A DNA stretch of 32,000 bases from Candidatus Heimdallarchaeota archaeon (lineage in GTDB: Archaea > Asgardarchaeota > Heimdallarchaeia > Heimdallarchaeales > Kariarchaeaceae): assembly GCA_030149205.1 (NCBI GenBank), contig JASBSB010000001.1, forward strand, positions 900,001 to 932,000, in the 5' to 3' direction. This document shows positions 27,434 to 32,000 of the stretch, one piece after another. The notes under the pieces are model-generated. The model was not told the origin of the DNA. It saw only the letters and a program-made list of their open reading frames with translations, and did not search any database. The position numbers and the translations under genes were made by a program. Every line of letters starts with the position of its first letter. Position 1 is the stretch's first letter.

Positions 27434-29023
27434 ATGCAAGTGGTGTTATTGACAATCAAGGAGGCAGCAAAGCGATTCAAAACAAAGACCAGTAATATTC
27501 GATACCTCCTAGATTATCACCCCGACAAAATCCATAGATATGATTCTGAAGGGAATATAATTCAAAAGGGTCAGTCTCGTCAGATCTTGTTGTCTCTAGA
27601 AGAACTTGAGGCTTATTTTCAGAGAAGAGAGTCAGAAATGCTTGATGATGAGGTCAGTCATCAAGAGACGAACAATTCGATAGGTTTTCGCCATCTTTCA
27701 GATGCTGAGAGGACGAAGCATGTCCATGGGTTACATCCATATATGGGAAAGTTTATTCCACAGCTTGCGCATTACTATCTTTCAAAAAACTTTAGAAAAG
27801 GAGACATCATTTTAGACCCCTTCGCAGGTTCTGGAACCACCTTGGTTGAGGGAAACACACTTTCAATGCATACAATTGGTGTTGATATTGCAGAATTTAA
27901 CACCATATTGATGCGGGCTAAGTTACAGCGGTATAACCTTACCCTGATGGAGTTTGAGGTCAGACATATCTTAGACAGGTTGACGAGGTTCAGTCATCAT
28001 CATTGGAATTTAAAAGATTTAAAGAAAGGGACATTATCCCAGCAGCAATTATCTAAATTCAGGTCTCTTCTTTTGGGAGAACCTCAGGGTGTCCTTTCAC
28101 ATTTTGAGGAAGGTGCAAGCGGAGCCAACAATCTTTCAGATGAAGTAGATGTAGAAGGGATAAGAAGACTGTTAGAAATGGGGACGGATGTACCAGACCT
28201 ACCTCCTTTTCAGACGCCTCATTCAGAATATTTTGCGAGTTGGTTAGCACCTCGAACCAACATAGAGGCAAACTATTACCTGAATCTTATCCCAGACTAT
28301 CATTATCAAGACCTTTTGAAGGTAATTCTTAGCTCTGCAATCAGGTCTTCAAGGTTGATAAAACACATTGATCTAACACGCCCTAAGGAACCTCTCAAAC
28401 CCGATGAGGAATATGTGTGTGTGAAGCATCGTGGGAGACTATGCCGTCCAATTACTGAGCTGTTAAAGTGGATTAGAACCTACAGCGTTGGCAAGAAGGG
28501 TGTTATCAACCGTATAAAGGAGTTTGACAAGCTTCGCACCTCCAGTGAGGTTCATGTGATCAATGCTGACTCGACATTGGTTGACCTGTTCAATGAGTTA
28601 AGTCGAGAACACTCAGGATCAGTGACATCAGAAAGATTTATTGATGGAATTTTCACTTCACCCCCTTATGTTGGGATCATAGACTATCATCAACAGCACA
28701 GGTATGCCTATGAGATCTTTGACCTTGCATTTAATGAGGAGGAAGAGATAGGAGCAGCGAAGTATGGGAGTTCTCAGAAGGCACAAAAAACGTATCAAGA
28801 ACTAATTTCAAAGGTTCTTCTTAATGTTAAGAGATTTTTGAAGGTGGATTCCCTTGTGTTTATAGTTGCAAATGACAGATACAATCTCTATCCAGCGATA
28901 TTTGAAGCAAGCGGTTATGAGCTTGTTGATGAGGAGAAGCGTGGAGTCTACAAGAGAGCAGATTCTGGGGGCGCTCGTGCAAATTATTTAGAAAGTATAT
29001 TCAAGATTAAACCGATATTCTAA
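27434..29023 (+). CDS. N4-cytosine-type DNA methyltransferase with N-terminal HTH
   Basis: ATG 1 nt after the endonuclease stop; LLTIKEAA...SNIRYLL HTH-like start; HGLHPYMGKFIPQL, LDPFAGSGTT, FTSPPY. Confidence 0.88.
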   Translation: MQVVLLTIKEAAKRFKTKTSNIRYLLDYHPDKIHRYDSEGNIIQKGQSRQILLSLEELEAYFQRRESEMLDDEVSHQETNNSIGFRHLSDAERTKHVHGLHPYMGKFIPQLAHYYLSKNFRKGDIILDPFAGSGTTLVEGNTLSMHTIGVDIAEFNTILMRAKLQRYNLTLMEFEVRHILDRLTRFSHHHWNLKDLKKGTLSQQQLSKFRSLLLGEPQGVLSHFEEGASGANNLSDEVDVEGIRRLLEMGTDVPDLPPFQTPHSEYFASWLAPRTNIEANYYLNLIPDYHYQDLLKVILSSAIRSSRLIKHIDLTRPKEPLKPDEEYVCVKHRGRLCRPITELLKWIRTYSVGKKGVINRIKEFDKLRTSSEVHVINADSTLVDLFNELSREHSGSVTSERFIDGIFTSPPYVGIIDYHQQHRYAYEIFDLAFNEEEEIGAAKYGSSQKAQKTYQELISKVLLNVKRFLKVDSLVFIVANDRYNLYPAIFEASGYELVDEEKRGVYKRADSGGARANYLESIFKIKPIF

Positions 29024-29245
29024 GAGCACAGGTATTCAAAAAGCATTGATACCCTTTCTGGATTAATACTTCACATACCTATTGACCGATAGTCTTCTCT
29101 TATGATATGTCATCCAGATATTATGTGAGTTTAAATACTAAATTCATGAATTATGTTTGCTTCTGACCAATAGATTCTACATATCCCCCCTCAAGCACTG
29201 TTGGTCAGATCTCCGTTTCACCAGGCTGGCAACCCCAGTTTAAAA

Positions 29246-29300
29246 ATGACTAAACAATTGACTAAAGATTTACTAAAAATAGACTAATTTTTGACTAAAT
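29246..29300. repeat. Five phased GACTAAA-like direct repeats
   Basis: GACTAAA 29248, GACTAAA 29260, TACTAAA 29271, GACTAAT 29282, GACTAAA 29293 (11-12 bp period); a sixth copy at 29383. Confidence 0.85.
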
Positions 29301-29463
29301 TTAGCACATCTATTTATCCAGCCTGTTGAATTATCAGGACAAATCAACCGTTGAAAGCTTAAAACCCAGATAAATAAAAAATGACTAAATTTATTGCATA
29401 TATCTAAGCATCGAACCAAAATTTATCCAGTATTCTTAAAACTCAAGACGTTACAGCAGAGAT

Positions 29464-30090
29464 GTGAGCAGACAGAATCAGCAGATGATTGGGATCTATG
29501 TGGACAAAAAGCTTCATGAGGAGATTAAGACTGCAGCAAGAGGGATGAACAGCTCAATCAAAGAGTATTTTTTATCATTACACAGATTGCATATGGGTGA
29601 GGCAGAAAAGACAGACAGGATACTTGGGAACACCGAAAGAATTCTGGATATCCTGACAGATTCTATCCGTCCTGAGATCGGGTACCGATCAAATATAGCT
29701 TCTGACAGATACAGATCAGAAAGAATGAGAGAAAGCTCAGCATCAACAAGAGATACAAAAGTGAAGAATCAAATCCTGAACAAGAATCCCCCCCCTCGTA
29801 GAAGTTCGTCAAGTTCTAAAATAAATAAATCAGACTATTCTGACCTTCCTCCTGTGTTAGAGACCTATCTTGAACAATTTCAAAAGTTTCCCAGGCAGTA
29901 TTCTGCACTGAAAGAGACACTTTTGATTATTCTCAGATATGGAGGAACTGTAACATCCTCTGTGTTAAAGAAGGAGAGGGGAATGTCACGAACCACACTC
30001 ATCAAGGGTCAGGTTGACCGGTTAGTTACAGATGAGATCATCAGCAAGGATGACAGTCAAAAGCCTTACACGGTCACCCTTCTCTCTTAA
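29464..30090 (+). CDS. Putative DNA-binding protein (N-terminal RHH-like, C-terminal winged-HTH-like)
   Basis: QMIGIYVDKKLHEEIKTAARGMNSSIKEY resembles CopG/RHH; ILRYGGTVTSSVLKKERGMSRTTL...VDRLVTDEII resembles wHTH; low-complexity Ser/Arg linker. Confidence 0.6.
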   Translation: MSRQNQQMIGIYVDKKLHEEIKTAARGMNSSIKEYFLSLHRLHMGEAEKTDRILGNTERILDILTDSIRPEIGYRSNIASDRYRSERMRESSASTRDTKVKNQILNKNPPPRRSSSSSKINKSDYSDLPPVLETYLEQFQKFPRQYSALKETLLIILRYGGTVTSSVLKKERGMSRTTLIKGQVDRLVTDEIISKDDSQKPYTVTLLS

Positions 30091-30130
30091 GGTAAGACAT
30101 CTCCTTATATTCAGAGCTATTTTGTAAGTG

Positions 30131-30190
30131 ATTCTTCCAGATATTTCCACATATTTCCACATATTTCCAGATTTTTCCAGATTTTTTTAC
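30131..30190. repeat. 10-bp tandem repeat ATATTTCCA(C/G), 5-6 units
   Basis: ATTCTTCCAG ATATTTCCAC ATATTTCCAC ATATTTCCAG ATTTTTCCAG ATTTTTTTAC. Confidence 0.9.
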
Positions 30191-30234
30191 TGCCTCCCAA
30201 TAATATTTTTATAGCATTTTATCATACACAATTT

Positions 30235-30660
30235 ATGAATCCCGAATCGGATGTTCCAACCTGTGAGAATTGTAACAAACCCATGATCGCTACCTTTTAC
30301 AGGGGAAGAGATCAATCAGAGCGTGAGATTTCCAGTGTTTTTGTCTGTGAGACCTGCAATTTTGTGCTGAAATTAGAGACTGCTCCAGCAGTAAACAGCA
30401 AGGAGTTTGAAAATGAATTAAGAGGTTTTGTCAAAGAAAACATTGCTTTGAAATCGCAGTTTATTGACCAGAACACAATTCATAGCCTGGAGATCACAAA
30501 GCCATTACATCTCTTTAGGTACTTTGAAAGTTATATGAATGATCAGGACAGAGCTTTTAACATGCTCACTGAGTATTGCAGAGAGTCATTTAGGGAGAAC
30601 CAACAACCCATGTTTACGGAACTTGACCCTGAAAGAATAGCTATATCGGTCACCATGTGA
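30235..30660 (+). CDS. Hypothetical Zn-ribbon protein
   Basis: CENC...CETC pair near the N-terminus; 141 aa. Confidence 0.65.
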   Translation: MNPESDVPTCENCNKPMIATFYRGRDQSEREISSVFVCETCNFVLKLETAPAVNSKEFENELRGFVKENIALKSQFIDQNTIHSLEITKPLHLFRYFESYMNDQDRAFNMLTEYCRESFRENQQPMFTELDPERIAISVTM

Positions 30661-30745
30661 TAGTTTTCAATAGAATTCATATTAGAGATTTTGTAACTTT
30701 GTTTCAAAAGATTTAGAGTTTGGAAGAATAATTTATCCCATAGAC

Positions 30746-31786
30746 TCAAAGAATCTTGACTGTTGTACCCAGTCTATGGGATTCTCTTACTGCATCCAGC
30801 ACCTGCTGATTCCTCCAGCCGTCAAGTAAAGATGGAGAGAGACTTGTAGATTTTGAAAGTGATAGGGAAAGTTGATCTAGCAGTTTTAAGAAGGGTGGAA
30901 TCCTCCTGTCTGCTTCATTTGCCTCAAGCGTAAACTCATCTGGAACTGGCACTGGTTGAAAAGTACCTTCATCATCAGACAGAAGCACCTCTGATCCTCG
31001 TAACATGACTGTTCTATCACTACCCCCAACAATGATGGTGTTTTCGGGTGCATGAACCAATGTGGCTGTGACAACCATGTGACCTGTTGCACCATTTTCC
31101 ATGGTGAAATCTGCAAAGAAGCCATCATCCGCTGTGACTCTGTGTAATACACCACTGGTGTCTTTTCGGTGGGATGTTCTGGTGAAGACCTTCCCCTGCA
31201 CCTCGACCATGTCCATCATGGTACTTGCCCTGACCTGATCAATAAGGTGAGACCCAAGTGCACCGAGTATACCACCATCATATTTACTGTTCCAAAGCCA
31301 TCCAAATGGGGGTCGTTCAGTGCTGTGGGCGAAGTTCATGTAAGAGTTTACATAGACCTCCTGAATATCACCTATGCTTTCCTGTACAAGCTTGGACAGT
31401 AGTCTTCTCTCAGGAACCCATCTGAACTCATGGCAGAGCATTCCAACCAGACCTCTCTCCTCAGCCATAAGAAGCAACTCTCTTGCCTGTAATGCTGTGC
31501 TCGTTGTGGGTTTTTCAAGAAGCAGGTGTTTTCCACTCTTTAGCACCTTTTTTGCCATCTCATAATGGTGGTACGGTGGAGTGCTGACTGTGATTACCTC
31601 AGCATCAGACGTGAGGAGGTCTCTCCAATTTGTGGTGTATGAGATGTCGTGTTCCTCTGCAATTTTCCTAGTTTTCTCAGGGTTTCTTCCTGCGATAGCT
31701 GTGACCTCAAAATCTGGGTGATGTTTTAGAGCTGGTAGATGTACTCTTGCTCCAAATCCGGTTCCGATGATTGCAACCTTTGTCAT
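30746..31786 (-). CDS. Gfo/Idh/MocA family oxidoreductase
   Basis: MTKVAIIGTGFGA Rossmann start (ATG 31786), STPPYHH, GKHLLLEKP, GGILGALGSHLID. Confidence 0.93.
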   Translation of the reverse strand: MTKVAIIGTGFGARVHLPALKHHPDFEVTAIAGRNPEKTRKIAEEHDISYTTNWRDLLTSDAEVITVSTPPYHHYEMAKKVLKSGKHLLLEKPTTSTALQARELLLMAEERGLVGMLCHEFRWVPERRLLSKLVQESIGDIQEVYVNSYMNFAHSTERPPFGWLWNSKYDGGILGALGSHLIDQVRASTMMDMVEVQGKVFTRTSHRKDTSGVLHRVTADDGFFADFTMENGATGHMVVTATLVHAPENTIIVGGSDRTVMLRGSEVLLSDDEGTFQPVPVPDEFTLEANEADRRIPPFLKLLDQLSLSLSKSTSLSPSLLDGWRNQQVLDAVRESHRLGTTVKIL

Positions 31787-32000
31787 GAGCTGAGATTGTA
31801 GCTCTCCTTTATACCTTTTTGGAATTGGGTAAATCAAGAATCATCTTGACCAGTTTTTGTTTCTGCAATGAGATACGTTGGACACGAAATGAAAAGAAAC
31901 GAGGCAAGCATCACACAAGTATGTCAAGAACATCCTGTAGAAAGAGTGTTATGAGTTCCTTTTTTGTGGCCGATTGTTGGGTTTCATCGACAAAAATCTG

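Noticed and set aside
30131-30190. CRISPR array
   Set aside because: The units are 10-bp tandem repeats without spacers; no cas genes.
496-31565. Other short ORF-track entries overlapping longer genes (e.g. 496-714, 2869-3093, 4719-4901, 6250-6537, 8315-8545, 12111-12344, 21917-22420, 22868-23110, 27250-27480, 30886-31155, 31169-31402, 31374-31565)
   Set aside because: They are antisense or alternate-frame overlaps of better-supported genes and have no recognisable motifs.

Overview
AT-rich window, probably archaeal (TTTTTATA boxes, GGTGA-type ribosome-binding sites, VapBC and DUF6516 pairs, and an LRR protein of the style common in Asgard genomes; the Asgard call is inference only). About 1.3-18.2 kb is one mosaic cassette array, almost all on the minus strand. 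It holds one full-length precursor (3812-4894): an N-terminal hydrophobic/signal segment, a caspase/CHAT-like clan CD domain (VIWVGHG...FFLSCDS) and a hydrophobic variable C-terminal domain (CT). It also holds three orphan cassettes that start inside the protease domain and lack the catalytic His, plus about seven decayed CT remnants. Most CTs are followed directly by an intact membrane-protein gene, and the same CT type recurs with the same partner family. This looks like a polymorphic toxin/immunity (or polymorphic signal/receptor) system with recombinational CT exchange. Two toxin-antitoxin pairs and duplicated non-coding elements are embedded in the array. The rest of the window has a DsrE-like gene, a 1.3-kb very AT-rich spacer, membrane proteins, an LRR protein with a membrane insert, an enoyl-CoA hydratase, a TdeIII/MjaII-like restriction-modification locus with two SPPY methyltransferases, an RHH+wHTH gene flanked by phased short repeats, a Zn-ribbon protein and a Gfo/Idh/MocA oxidoreductase. 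No rRNA, tRNA, CRISPR array or transposase was recognised. All alignments and translations beyond the ORF track were done by eye.
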